This document shows positions 13,420 through 27,220 of a stretch of 64,000 nt of DNA, one piece after another. The first letter of the stretch is position 1; each line of letters starts with the position of its first letter. The position numbers and the translations under genes are program-made. The DNA is taken from positions 6,634,001 through 6,698,000 of the forward strand of contig JAQFVV010000002.1 of NCBI GenBank assembly GCA_028023455.1, given 5' to 3'. The notes under the pieces were generated by a model, which was not told the origin of the DNA, did no database searches, and was given only the letters and a program-made list of their open reading frames with translations. The stretch comes from Epiperipatus broadwayi (taxonomy: Eukaryota; Animalia; Onychophora).

Positions 13420-16400
13420 TTAGACCGAGACGTAAATAAAAAATCATTTGATAAAAGTAGTAAACACGTGACTGTATATTATATACCTTCATGCACACGC
13501 TTGTTAAAATAATAATAAAGTTTGTGAATTTGAAACTAAATATAATTGCTATCAATCCTTAAAGTAAAAGTTGAGATATTAAATATTATTTTAATAATTG
13601 TTTTTAAAGTTTAAATAATTTTGATAAAACTATAATTGAATTTAAAAATACTAGTCTAAGTAATATTTTGAGACATTACGTCATCAATTTTTTATTTTAA
13701 AATTGTCTAGTCTGTTATAAAACTAAAATGTGTAAATCTGTTCGCGCTAAAAAGTCAATAACCAATCAACGGAGGTAATTTAGCAGACAAAAATATAAGA
13801 ATTAGACGGAGCGGGAGGAGAAGTAATGTGAAAGTGAAAGAGAAAGTAACATATTTTTTTTAGCTGATAACACCGGAGCTAGAAAAGTGATATAAATTTA
13901 AAATTTTGTATTTATTTTAAAAGTTCTTTTGTAACATATAATATATTTTGACTGCCTCTATATGGATTGCTAATTTTAAAAGTTATCTTACCAGGGAATT
14001 TTATTCAAGTTTAACCAAAACCGTACAGTAAAATGGAAGTACAAGGAAAAATACCTAAAAATATTGCTAAAGGAAAAATATTTGGAAAGTGCCTTAAGAC
14101 AGCTTTATTTATGCTCAACCAGAAACTTATTATTATAATTCAGAGAAATATAATTGGGACGCTATACGAAAACCTAAAAGAGAAGTTACTTGCCGTCAGG
14201 AAAAAATTATGACGCACCAATTTTATAAGGCTACTCTGAAGTTATGTTATTCTTCTCTATGAAAAAAATTTAATATGCGTTTTTTTATTATAAAGAAAAA
14301 TTATGTAAATGTATACTGAAGAAAGAGTGTTTATCTTTTAAAAAGAAACATTATAAAAATATAGTTCCAGAATTTTAAATAAAGAAAAAAGTTAAAGAAT
14401 AATATGAAAGTGCTATTATGTGTTTTATGGAAAAGAACGGAAAAATTTATCTAAGAAGAATTAAAAAAAAATATTATAAAGTATTCATTGGAGGAAATGC
14501 TTGATTAAAAAAAAAAATATATAAAATTAAATTACTTAGTGAAAATGGATCCATGGAAACAGAAAATTTTATTGAAGATTTAAATAAAAGTACCCAGAGG
14601 ATGCATCGTAAAAGTCGCGCGGGAAAATACTAGCAGACAATATTAGAAGAGGATATCAGAATTAATAATTGTGTTCAATATTATGAAAACCAAGGATTGT
14701 CGTATATGAATATTTATTAAACAGAGTAATAATTGCTTTACCTTAAAATAGAACATTAAATGACTGAAGAAGAAATAATATATATTTTTTTTAGCTTTAA
14801 TATGAACGATTTTCAAGCAAGTTCGATAAAGAAGTACCGTAAATATAATTTAAATATTTTTTTTTGATTATATTTAAAATATAAAATGCTATGTGAAATT
14901 AGGGAAAACATATAAACATAAATTTAGTAATATTAAAATCTAAATATAGTAACTTGATAGAATTATAAAAATATTGTTTTAAAAATAAAGTGTATGTATG
15001 GAAGTTTTATATCTACAAGAATCAATGGGATGGTGAAGCCTACGGAACACGATCGAGAAGATAAAGATCGTTTTGGTAATTTTGATATTTATTTATAATG
15101 CATAATGTATTTTTTTTTAGATCATCGATTGATTAAGAATGATGTGTGAAAGTTTAAATTATATGTACACATTTTATACAACATTAAAACATATTATGAG
15201 ATAGGAGTAATTCTGAATATGCATGCAATAAGTTATTTAAAATATATTAATAATATAATTCGACAGAACAATTGTGTGATTCTTTTGAACTTTCATGTTG
15301 TAAAGTATTCAGATATTTTAAAATAGTTTGTATATGATAAAAATATACGAGGAAAGTAGTAAAAAGATTTTCTTAAAGAATAGCGGAATAGTTTTGAAAT
15401 AAATGAATTTTATTATTGTTAGAAATGCAGATAGGTATTTGTCGATGTACCGTATTGAAAAATCTTGAGAAATAAGATCGGATAGTGACTTGGTAGTACT
15501 AGTGGAGAGGAAACCAAGATGATGTTTTGTTAAGAAATAGGAAAAATAAAGTATTTGGATCGTATTTAGTTTGTGTGATTTCAGTATAGTTAACTAAGTC
15601 CTATCACTGAACACATATAGTTTGGACAGTGTTTTTTTTTTCATATCTTTAAACTTTTTTGATGTTATAATAAAGCTGAAAGAATAGCTTTAGCATCACT
15701 CCTATAACAGAGGTTGGTAGACAGGTAAAGGTCACTCCTCTATAGTGTCTTTTAATTCACTGTGCCATGATTGTCAAGGTTTATGACGAGTAATATTCTA
15801 GTTATATTTTGATCCTATGCATCTATCTTCGCTATCCTTATTTCGTGAATCTGCATCGATCAGAAAGATATTTTCAAAGAAATAATGAATAAAATAGAAC
15901 TGAGGATATGTTATCGTTTATGTAAGAATAGTTTATTTGCTGGAATGTTTAGAATTGTGTAATTTTAAAAGTGAAAGTACAAAATATCATAAAGAGAGAA
16001 AGAATCATATAATACAGTTTAAAATTAATTCGGAAATGAATATAAGATTTTAAAAAGAGAAATCTAAACAAAGTTTTTTTTTTTAAAAGTGATAATAAAA
16101 TTTGAATGTTTTAAATAATAATTTAGAAAATAAATATTGCATATTTATTAAGAAAATAATTCAATAATGTGTAAATAAACATATATTTGTGCATGGTATG
16201 TTAATAGTTGTAATTATCATCCGAAGTAAGGCTTGAATGAGAATATTAGGAATAATAAACATTGGATAATGAACAATAAAACTTAATACCGAATGTAGAA
16301 GAATATTTTTGAATTTGTAGGATTCCATACAACCAATATAAAACTAGAATTTTATTGTTTTGTATAATTTTTACGACGAATGTAATTTTTTGTAAAAATA

Positions 16401-17620
16401 TAATTTTAATAATAGTAGGGATACAAAGTGTTAATGATAATTATATAAAAAATACATTTTGTAACAAGCTAACCATAATAAGAAATCCAATAATAATAAT
16501 ACTGTATTTTCTTAAACATTTAAAAGATAAGAGTTAACTAGGAAAAATAAATAGAAGTTTGATTTTCATTTCATTTTTATAAACTAGTAAAATAAGTTGT
16601 GATAGGAGAGTAAGGATATCCAATGTACATAATGTAAAGTATTGTTATTTGTTTATGTTATTAATAAACTTTGTTGTAAATTTATTTTAAAGCTTTGTGT
16701 CAGCGTTGTTATTTCTCCACATGGATGCATGATATCACAATACATTTATAATTGAAACAGACATATAGTTTTTGCACAAAAGGTAAACATAAAAGTGTTA
16801 TAATAATAATTGAGAATTTATTGGTATATTAAAAATTAAAAGATCATAATTTTATATTATTTATTGGTCATAAGTCGGTTGCCACAATATTACATTAAAT
16901 TATATGCTAATGTTGCCACACGTATTCTGTTGTCAGGTTATTAAAATACTACCACGTACGTATTTATTTATTTCATTTAGGAAGAAATAAGATTATATTA
17001 TACTATTATTGTTATTATTATTTTATTATTGTTAGTTACTGCGTAGTGAATTATGACATAAAATTCCCTTTTCATAGTTTACTACCGTAATTTTAAATCA
17101 GTTAGAATACAATTTATGAACCTGAGATTTTATTTATTTTATTTTAATTAATTGAGCTAGATTATTATTATAAAAAATATTAAGACATGATTATTATTTT
17201 AATCGTAATGAATAGAGCTTAGAAAGTCGTAAGAATACTATGAGTTAGTTATTTAGTATAGTGTTCTTATGCCATTGAGATAGTATCATGTGGATAATAT
17301 CTCAATGTAGTCTATCTCGTTCCCCGTATCGTCACTCCATGTCTCATGAAAATAGTAAATATTTGTTAATTCATTTTAAAAAATATAATCGTATTTGTAT
17401 TTTAAAGATTAGAGCTAGTAATCAATTTTAATTAATGCTGGATATTTCATTTATTTATTTGTTAACTGAGCTAGAACCCGGAATTTTAAACAGTATATAA
17501 ATTTTGGAGAGGACGAGCGGTGGGGGAGGTTAGAATATATATTAGGAAAGCAAATAAAAAAGAAAAAATATATGATCAAACAAAGAGAGAAAAAATGTGA
17601 GGATATAAAAGAATTTTTAA
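13420..17620. promoter_or_regulatory. CpG-retaining (putatively unmethylated) domain
   Basis: About 60 or more CG dinucleotides in ~4.2 kb by manual count versus very few per kb in flanks, at similar AT content; includes CACGTG, TTACGTCA, TTCGCGC motifs near 13.4-13.8 kb; no long ORF. Confidence 0.6.
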
Positions 17621-18899
17621 AAAATCCCCAAGAAGGATATAAGCAATTTAGATAATAGAACATTGGATAGTGAATATATATTGTCAAATAAGCTAATTAA
17701 AAAGAAGATAGGCAACAGAATGATAATCAGAATTGAGCATATAATAGGTGGAATAAAAAAGAAGAAAATAAGAAACCTAGCTCATTCAACAATTGAATTG
17801 TTATTAGTTATAGATAATGAATGCAAAAATTTCTAAAAATAATATCCTTAGAAAGCTGTGCTGCAAGCATCTTTAGAAGTAGCATATTTTATTTGTGAAT
17901 GCTGTGCTCATTTGGAGGGAAAAGTTTCTACACTGTACTTTTATATACTTAAATATTATCATGCAAAAATATTCCTTTGCATTGACATTTTGTTCTTTCA
18001 CATTACTTCACTAGATATTAGAAGAAAAGCAGCCTCACAGGAAATGTATAAAAAGTTTTTAAACAAATTGAACTTTGCAATATCTCAAGATATAATATCA
18101 TCAACTAAAAATCATCTCAAACCAAAATTGCAATTTTAGATGTTCATTCATAAATCTACAAACAAAAAATTATGGCATAAACAATAAAATTCTTAAAAGA
18201 TTCTAGATTTTTTTTCCATATCCAATAATAAATCCAGTTGGATTTGAACTTCCTAGTCACAGATAGTATCTTATCAGCAAACAAGATATTCGTGGTTTTT
18301 ATGCTCAACTGTTGCATAAATGGAATGTAACAACCATTAGTCTATATAGATGTGAAGAAATAAAATATTAGCTATGTAGTTGATGTCTGCCAAATCTATG
18401 GCTACATTCTCAAAATTGAAGGAGTTAATAAAATCATTAGTGAATCCATCTTCTGATTGGAATCTCTACAAATTCTTTTTATGATATTATATTAAGAATT
18501 AAGATGTCTAAAAAATCAATATGCTAAATAAAAATAAGTAAATATGCAAGAACCGATATAAAAAAAAATCTAATAACATTAAAGATAATAATATATTTCT
18601 GAAAAATAAAAGATAAAGAACATCTACAAAAGTCAAGAAGCAATATTTGCAAAAACACTGAAAAAATGACAAGAACATAAGAAACCAAAAGTCATTTATT
18701 TCAGGGAATTTCTGAAATAAAAGAAAAGTTTCAGTTATAGTTGGATTTGTTGAAAAATGTTGGTGAACAGATTACAATTAAAATAATAAAAATCAAACAA
18801 TGATTAAAGTAATATACAGAAAAGCTATATCATTAACATTGACTAAGACTTTATGATATGGTAAAAAATCTTTCAATAACGAATAATGCAATTAGATTA

Positions 18900-20600
18900 T
18901 CTTGAGATCATTATAAAGATAAGATTATTGGAATTAATGGCATTTAATCTAGAAAATTATTTAACTGTCTTCATATTGGTAGACTTTTTTTCTCTGCACA
19001 GAAAGGAGTTTTGACAGTGTGTAAATTAATTCTACTACATCTTTTATATCCCCTATAAGTAAAATTATTTTGAAAATCATGTAGTATAGATTAGAGATTA
19101 CATTGAAAAAGAATTCCCAAATATACCAGACAGTCTAATGAAAAATCAAGAAACTAAATATATCATAAAATAACAATAACATCTGTACATGTTTTATCAA
19201 TGACATAAAGCTGTAATTTATTTAAATATACTAAATTATATAATTTGTTTAAAAAACTTAGGGTACCAGAAGATTTTATTATTTAAAATATCTGTTTAGT
19301 ACTAAAAGGTATAGTTAAATGAATCTATGATAAAGTAGATTTGTTTTAGAGTAGTAAAAAACTTAATCAGGGTATTATTATTGTACCTTTTCATTTTGTA
19401 AGTGAATATATAATAAGGAAAACCCAATTGGATAATTACAAATGTCAATTCAGGATTATGGAAAAAACATCAATCTTATCTAGGTTAATGGTACCATATT
19501 TGTAGTTGAAAATATCCAAGACTTATTAGAAAAATAAAACAAAATGTAAAAAAACATTGAATATAAAGAAGATAAGATCATAATGGCAGAGTCAGCAGTT
19601 AATTTCAGCATTAATACTGAAGGCATAAAAATAGATGACAGATTTGTATTTTGAACCATTCATCAATAATAAAGAATTCTCTAATCAAGAGATTTATTAG
19701 AGGCTAACACTGCACAGATTTGCATGAAAAACTCTAACATTTTAAATTTAGGGACATAGTTTTAAAAAAAAATAATTTAGAATTATTTAAACTATAATGA
19801 TTTTCATAACTTTCTCTGGATATGATAGTTTAATGGTCAAAAAGTATAGGAAAAGTATTAATGCTTTTGAATAATGATTTTAACAATGCCTTAAAGAATT
19901 TTTTGGACAGCAAAGAAAAATGACCACATATTTATTTGAACAGATTACATTTGAAGTCTTAATTGAAGCACACAAACTCAGATTGAAACTATCATATTTT
20001 GACCATATTATGGGATAGTCCAATTTATAAAAAAGTTTATAATGCTTGGAAAGATTGGTGGTGATGAAAGAAAAATAGAAAAGTTAAAAATAAAATGGGT
20101 TAATCCATAAACACAACAATATATATGACATTAGTAGTCAGATAAATCAAAAAACACAATATGTTACTTTAAAAAAAATGCTAATCATATAATTACAATG
20201 ACAATATCTTATAACAGTAATAGGGAAGGATAAAATTAAAATGTAAAAAATTAAGAATATATCACATGGGAAAATATATACAGCTTGAAATAAGACTTGT
20301 TGGCAACAAATAAGGCTATCAAAAGGAAAAGAGTGTAATATTTTTCCTAATGAAAGTAATTATAAAAAATAATTGAATGGTTTACTGCTCAAAAGTTAGT
20401 AAGTTTTCACTCTAAAAGTGACAGATCTGAGTAATAATTTATGGATCTTAAAGCTAGAGATCTACTAATCCATCTGCATCAAAATATACAAAGCAATGAA
20501 GATAATTAAAGTAAATAAATAGATATTATTACTAAAAAACAATGTTTATTTGGATTATGTGAAGAGTACAATGAACTCAAAGGTCAGAAAGGTTTAACAA
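18900..20600 (+). pseudogene. Highly decayed Ty3/Gypsy-like pol remnant
   Basis: Fragmentary translations such as SGYYYCTFSF (~19368-19397, like RT DLxSGYYQ..TAF) and MTTYLFEQITFEVL (RNase H-like); heavily interrupted, boundaries approximate. Confidence 0.35.
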
Positions 20601-21313
20601 TATGCAAATTACTGCAAAGAGAGTTAATATTTAAATAGAAAAGTTTTTTTACATACACTAAAAAAAAATTACCATTTGCAGGAACATATAATACATCGTG
20701 AGCTAGCATTAGATAATAATATTAATAAATTAATTTATTATTATAATGAATAATTCAAAAAATAACCTAAGATTCACACAAATGCATTTAATTAAAATTA
20801 TGCTTGAATTGGCAAACTAAAATAGATATTACATGTTTAAGTTTATATTTATGTTGATTGCATTAACTTTTTGTGAAAATAACTAAAATTATTGATGTAA
20901 AAGTGTAATTTCTACTTAGTAAATATGATTTCAATTAGATATTCAAAGACAAGCTTAAAAAAGATAGTTTTAACTAAAAGATGAAACAGAGATAATATTG
21001 CATAATTTGATATTAAGTTTAAAAATTAGTGGTGCAATTCTGCTATTCACTTAAATGGTTCCCCAAAACAAAAGAAAAACATATGTAATAAGTATGATTG
21101 TGCCTGAACTGTACACACACATAAAACATAATACCTCTGTTGTATTAGCACGTTCCTTGAGAAATGAATTTTGTAATTTTATTGTTTTTCCTACATAATA
21201 ATAAATATAAAAATAATCTGTAGTGAATCTTCTACAAATAAAATATACTAGAGTGCACAAGTGATATATATTAGAATACCAGTGATATATAGAAGAATAT
21301 AAATAAATACATA

Positions 21314-21365
21314 AAAACAGTCAACACTTAAACAGTATTAGTATTGTTTAAGTGTTGACTGTTTT
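21314..21365. repeat. Perfect 21-bp inverted repeat with 10-nt loop
   Basis: AAAACAGTCAACACTTAAACA-gtattagtat-TGTTTAAGTGTTGACTGTTTT. Confidence 0.92.
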
Positions 21366-23391
21366 CATGCATTTACACTGAATACTTATCTAGCTAAGCA
21401 TTATTAACTTTTTTATTTAAAAAGTATAAGTGGAAGAATATATTGCTTTACATTTTGTAATTGTTAGCTGCTGTTTTAGAAATTAGCCTTTTTTTGATTT
21501 GAAGTGTTTTAATGTTGATATTTTCCAAATAGATATTAGTGTGTATATCCATTTTAAACACATTTCTGTTAAGAACAGATGATTTTAACATTATACACAT
21601 TAAGACATTAATAAAAATGTACTATTCTTTTTTTGTGACAAAAATTAATTGCAATTATAAATTGCAAGATACAATACCTAACATCCTACATGATCTGGTG
21701 CAGTGATTAAAAGCAGATCTTAGAACAGGATTCATGGATCACAATCCATATCTGTCATTTCTAGAGCAACTCTTAAACAACAAATCATGTAATTATTTTT
21801 TAATATCTAAGTAATGGCAAATTTGTGAATTTTTAACATTTTTAGTTGTAGTAATGGTACAGCAGCCATTTTCTGTAAATTTTAAAAATTATCATTTTTT
21901 TAAAATATTTTTTTATTTTTGTATTCCTTACTTAATGCAGATTATGTGGCAATGGATATGTAATCAGACAATATAATGAAAAACTATTAGAGGGAAATAA
22001 TGTTAAATTTGGTTATTCATCTTAATCTTTTTTAAGAAGCCATTAAAACAAATTTTATTTATTTTATACCATTGTCAAAATTTATTATATGCTTGGTTAT
22101 CAGTAAATACTCAGCTTACAATAGATAGCAAAAATAGGGTAGAATAAATAGAATTTGCTTTTATAAAATATTGTTTGAACTGAATGATATTTTTTGTTTA
22201 GAAGCTTTTATACATCGAATCTAATCTATTTTAATAACAAATATACTATTAAGCTGTATAATATTGTTTCTAAATATTTCCCCACTATTTCATAATATCA
22301 AAAAATTCTAATTTATTTTTTATGATTCTCATTAATACTAATTAATTTTTTTTTTAATTTGTAACTATGGAGAATCACATCATATATTAAAGATGAAAAG
22401 AATAAAAAATATTATTAGTTGGAAAGAGTATTTTTTTAAAAAATTAATCTATTTATTGATAAATACATTAGATAAAGTAATTAAGTCTGTATTATATAAA
22501 AAAGCTGTCTTAAGTATCAGTCCAATCAATCAAGTCAAGACCAATCAGTCCAGTCTACAGTTGGAAGAGAATATGAGCATGGATACACTAAAAATTAAAG
22601 AGTAAAAAAGTGCATAATTCAAATCAATTACACAATGATTTTATATGGACATGTAATAAATATTAAACCAATGGCTTGCTAAAAACTTAAATGAATCATT
22701 CTTCAACTGTACAGGGTTTCATGGAAGGTAAAATGTTTATCTCAATAACCTAGCATGGGGGGAATCTTAATTACTCTCATTATAGCTCTATCATATGTAA
22801 ATATTTAAACATGCATTACTTAGGGAAAAAAAACGACTGACAGAGAATGACCAACCAACCATTGATTGATCATTAGAAATGCCATGACCAGTTTATTAAA
22901 CTTTGCAGAATTCACATTTCTTTTAAAACTCCTTGAGTGATTAAGATGCATTATGCATTCCTGTAGCTGATTTGTTGACATTTTCAATTCTTTTTTAAAT
23001 TGCATGAAAACTATAAGCATGACATCAACAGAAATCCAAACATTTGTTGCTGCTTAATTACATCTTTAAAATGGTGTATCTTATATTGAAATCGGATAAA
23101 ATTTGAATTTTTTATGAATATTTTTATTAGTAGGTGTTTTATTTTTTTTTATTTTCTGGTCAGATTGCTAGTTTACATGGGACAATAAGGTAAAAAAAAA
23201 TCTTTATTAGTCTTAGTATATTAATAAACTGAATTAATAATATGCTGATGGTTCACTTCAAGGCCTTCAACACAAAATAAACATAATCAGAAAATATCTC
23301 TTATTAAATTTTAATTATTTGAATATTTTATTTTTTTAAAAATTATAATATAATATATAAATTATATAATATTAAATCATTTATGCTCTTT

Positions 23392-23535
23392 ATTATACTG
23401 TATATAAATTTGTATTCAAATATAACAAAAATGATTTTATTACAGTGTAATTTTGGATCTCTATTATACAGTGTATAAATTTGTATTCAAATATAACAAA
23501 AGTGGTTTTTTGTACATTATAATTTTGGGTCTCTG
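23392..23535. repeat. ~70-bp tandem duplication (2 copies)
   Basis: TATAAATTTGTATTCAAATATAACAAAA...TAATTTTGGRTCTCT repeated. Confidence 0.85.
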
Positions 23536-24197
23536 ATCCAAGTTTGAATCAACCTTATTTTATAGACATAATAATTTTCAAAAGATTTAATGATTTATTA
23601 ATGTGATTATATTTCTGTTTTCATGTTTGTGTTTGTATAACAGTAATGATTTATATATAGAGAACAGTGCAATGTAAAAATAGACTGATTATCAAATGTA
23701 CTGAAAGGTTTCAGTTGATAATGCTATCACAAAATTTACTGAGCATAGTACTATGTGAAAATATAAACACTTAAAACCAATAGAGATTTCAAATGGTGTG
23801 TATGTGTGTAGTGGTAGCCACAATGGTTATATATATTGTATGCAGACAAAGAATCAAATTCTGATTCTTGCCTATGCCTTGATACTCATGCTGTGGAGTC
23901 AGTAGTTTTCCCACATCTTGCATCATATTATTTTCAAGTTCATAGCTAGAAAATGAGTTATATGTAAATAAATTATATCTCTGTAGGACAATAAGTATAA
24001 CAAGATAGCGTCACTGGTGTGCATAAAGAATATAAACACCACTGATGAACACAAAAATATAAAATGAAGAGATGAAACTCATGAGTAGCCTACAAACTCT
24101 AGTTTTAGATAGACAAGAAGCCAATTGTTATAATGATAAATGCATCTGGAAATGATTTGTTTTGTATATTTTATTAGGATGAATCTTTTTTTTATAG

Positions 24198-24294
24198 GCA
24201 CCTTTGAGATTTGTTAACTTTTGGGATACAAGATAAAAATGAAGAATTCTTATGGGAATAGTTTTGGAGATTCTGAAGCCATGGATTATCTCAG
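24198..24294 (+). CDS. Candidate spliced exon with start codon (MKNSYGNSFGDSEAMDYL-), product unknown
   Basis: Acceptor TTTTTTTTATAG| and donor CAG|GTAAGA; ATG at 24239 open to the donor; stops in all three frames before the ATG, consistent with a 5'UTR-containing first coding exon. No downstream exon or homolog recognised. Confidence 0.35.
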
Positions 24295-24936
24295 GTAAGA
24301 AGTATTATATATGGTTTGAAAGATAATTTTGTGAGGAATACAAAGAAATTATCAATGAAGATGTAATTTAAACTTAGTTAATGATAAATTAGAAATTATG
24401 AACAAATAAAGTAATAATTATTTTGGATGTTGAAATTCCTTTTTTTCCTTATTTTTTAAATGGTAATGACTATTTGTCTTAGACTTTTTGTTTTCCTTAG
24501 TTTTTCTAGTTTCTATCAATGTAAAGTTGCTCTAATAATATTAAAACTGATATTATTGTGAAAATTGTGTCTCAAGTCAGATTTTTTAAAAATTTAATAT
24601 GGTGGCCTGGAGAACCAACAAGTTTTAAAATAAAGGAAAAAAACACATGGATAAATTTGAGTGAATATAATCTGCATAGGAATAAATAGTGAATGAATAA
24701 TTCATTTTTGAATTGTGATTAAATGAGAAATTTATGTCAATACTCTGAAAAAGGAAACAAAATAAAAGTTGTCACAAGAAATATTATAAATGGACAAATT
24801 GTTAGTGATCTTATATGAATAACTACATTTTTTTTGATAAAGGTTCTGATTCTAATACAAAAGAACTAAGTACAAGAACTGAAGTAAGATAAACTATTTA
24901 ATTTTCACTATATTTAGAAATGTGTATTAATATATA

Positions 24937-25410
24937 TAGCATTTATCATAAAAAAAATAAAAAAGTTTGTTTAGAGCTATTAGCAGGCTCATTATATATT
25001 ACATATTGGTAATGCAAGCTATATAGGTGACATATGTCTGATTTTTACTAATATTATAAATTTGCTATTAGGGCTTTGGCTATATTAAATTGCTAAGCCT
25101 ACTAATATATAGGATCACTGGATTTAGTTTAGGCCCATATAGTTTTTTTAGTTAAAGAGCTGAAATTGAAGACATGTAGACATCTGAAGATTTAGATCTT
25201 TTTCTTAATATTTAAGAATTAGATAAATGCTTGGCTTGAGTTAGTATTTTAAATCTCATGTCATAGTTCTTCACTGAAGAGAGCCATAGCTCGAAACTGG
25301 TCTGAAGATGGGGACAACCATAGATAAAGGCTTCAGGTAGTATTTATCATAAAATAAATAAATAAATGAATAAGCTTGTTTAGAGCTATTAGCAGGCTCT
25401 TTATATATTA
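24937..25410 (+). mobile_element. Family A HHR retroelement, partial tandem (pLTR/retrozyme-like)
   Basis: ~65-73-bp direct repeats (24937-25001, 25338-25410; ...TTGTTTAGAGCTATTAGCAGGCTC..TATATATTA) at a ~400-bp period enclosing an HHR; the tail is homologous to the 50-51 kb elements (AGCTTGTTTGAGCTATTGGTAGG). Confidence 0.75.
25268..25308 (+). ncRNA. Minimal type I hammerhead ribozyme, apparently intact
   Basis: TCTTCA-CTGAAGA-GAGC(cata)GCTC-GAAAC-TG-GTC^-TGAAGA: 6-bp stem I, canonical CUGANGA and GAAA core, 4-bp stem II, 2-bp stem III, GUC cleavage triplet. Confidence 0.9.
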
Positions 25411-26355
25411 TATTTATCTTTCTTTAAATTATTAATTACCAACTATTCTAATTTACGATTATATGTTGTATAGATAGTTCTTTTATAATTAGATGCATGT
25501 GCATTATATATATATATATATTAATATGATTGTTGTAATACTAGTACACACTGGAATATATTGTTACAACTGTTCTGCATTTGTTGACTTTTCATTTGTG
25601 CATATCACCAAATTAGTTAGGTATATTACTGTGTGAAGTTAACATTATCAGCAATAGGCTGTAAGCTGATAATGCCCTTCAGTATGCTCATCATAGCTAA
25701 TGATTGGGCCAATAAGTCAGTCACAGTCATGACCAAAAACCTGATCATAATATATATATATCAATAAATGTCAGTATTTGGTTGAAGGAGTTATGATACT
25801 GTTAGCTAATCAATGCTATGAACTTGGGTATCCATGTACTAGGTTCAAGTTTAATGTCTGTGTCTGCTGTACCAGATTTGAGGTCAGTAGGGGTATAATT
25901 TATTAGTTTTCATAGATAATTCATTTTTGACTCTATTAATCAATTAAGATTTTCTTTTTGTATTTAGTGAAATACTTATATAATTAATACCTTTTTTTAA
26001 ATTTGGAAATTCTTTTACACAATGTGTATCAGTGAAAAGTTGACTAATTCGTTTTCTAAGCTTCCTCCACACCATTTCTGAATCAATACATGTTATAAAG
26101 CAATATAGTTGTTATTCACAATAAAAGTTTAAGATGCTAGTGTATCTTGATCATGAGTTTTGCGTATTTATATTTTTGTCAATCATTTTTAATATTCTTC
26201 ATTCTGCTATAAAATGTTACAAATTATTTGAAAGCATTATGGCACCTTATGACATTGCCAGTCTGAATCATTTAAAGTATTTTGGTAGTAATTTTACCCA
26301 ATTTAAAACAAAATTTGTTAATGTATTGTGGATTAAGATACAAAACACACTGTTA

Positions 26356-26956
26356 ATAATATTCATTAAGGCTGTAGCCTCAAGCACATGTCTATAAAAT
26401 GTGATAGTAGGGACCTCTACAGGTTCACCTATTTAACTAGAAAGTAGGTTGAAGTAAAGAAGGTTCCCCTCTTTTCTTCCAATGAGTAAGCTTGTGGTTT
26501 TAAGACCTGTAGAGGTCCCTACTATCGCATTTTATATGCATGTGCTTGAGGCTACAGCCTTAATGAATATTATTTATGTAATCAATGTGCGTTTAAATAA
26601 ATTTATAATTACAACTTTAAATTATTGTAATAGATTTCTCACTATAAAATCTTTCCATTGACTCATTGTAAATCGAAAGATTTCACGAGTATTAATGTGT
26701 AATAAGAAATGTGGACTTAATTAGTGAAGTATTGAATAGCTTCACACTCTCAGATCGAACCGCTTCAGCTTCACCTATTTAACTATAAAGTAGGTTGAAG
26801 TAAAGAAGGTTCCCCTCTTTTCTTCCAATGAGTAAGCTTGTGGTTTTAAGACCTGTAGAGATCCCTACTATCGCATTTTATATGCATGTGCTTGATGCTA
26901 CAGCCTTAATGAATATTATTTATGTAATCAATGTGCGTTTAAATAAATTTATAATT
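26356..26956 (+). mobile_element. Young Penelope-like-architecture insertion (inverted 3' segment + partial tandem), no HHR core seen
   Basis: 14-bp TSD AAAACACACTGTTA (26342-26355, 26957-26970); ~69-bp inverted arm 26356-26424; direct copies 26424-26611 and 26770-26957 differing at about 3 positions; period 346 bp. Confidence 0.85.
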
Positions 26957-27220
26957 AAAACACACTGTTATGTTTTATAGAGATGGTGCTGTAAGCTCTA
27001 TGGAGAGAAAACTAGTAATATATTTATTAGGATACATTGTATACATCATTAGCAATATTAATAACAAAATTAGTCTAATATAAAATTAAGTTATTTTTTA
27101 AATAATAAAGAAAAATTCATGATTAACTATTTTTTTATTTGACATTTTGGTATTCATTGTTAGCTAATAAATTAGTAAAAAGATTTTATAATTATTAATT
27201 TCTTTATTGAAATAAATCTC

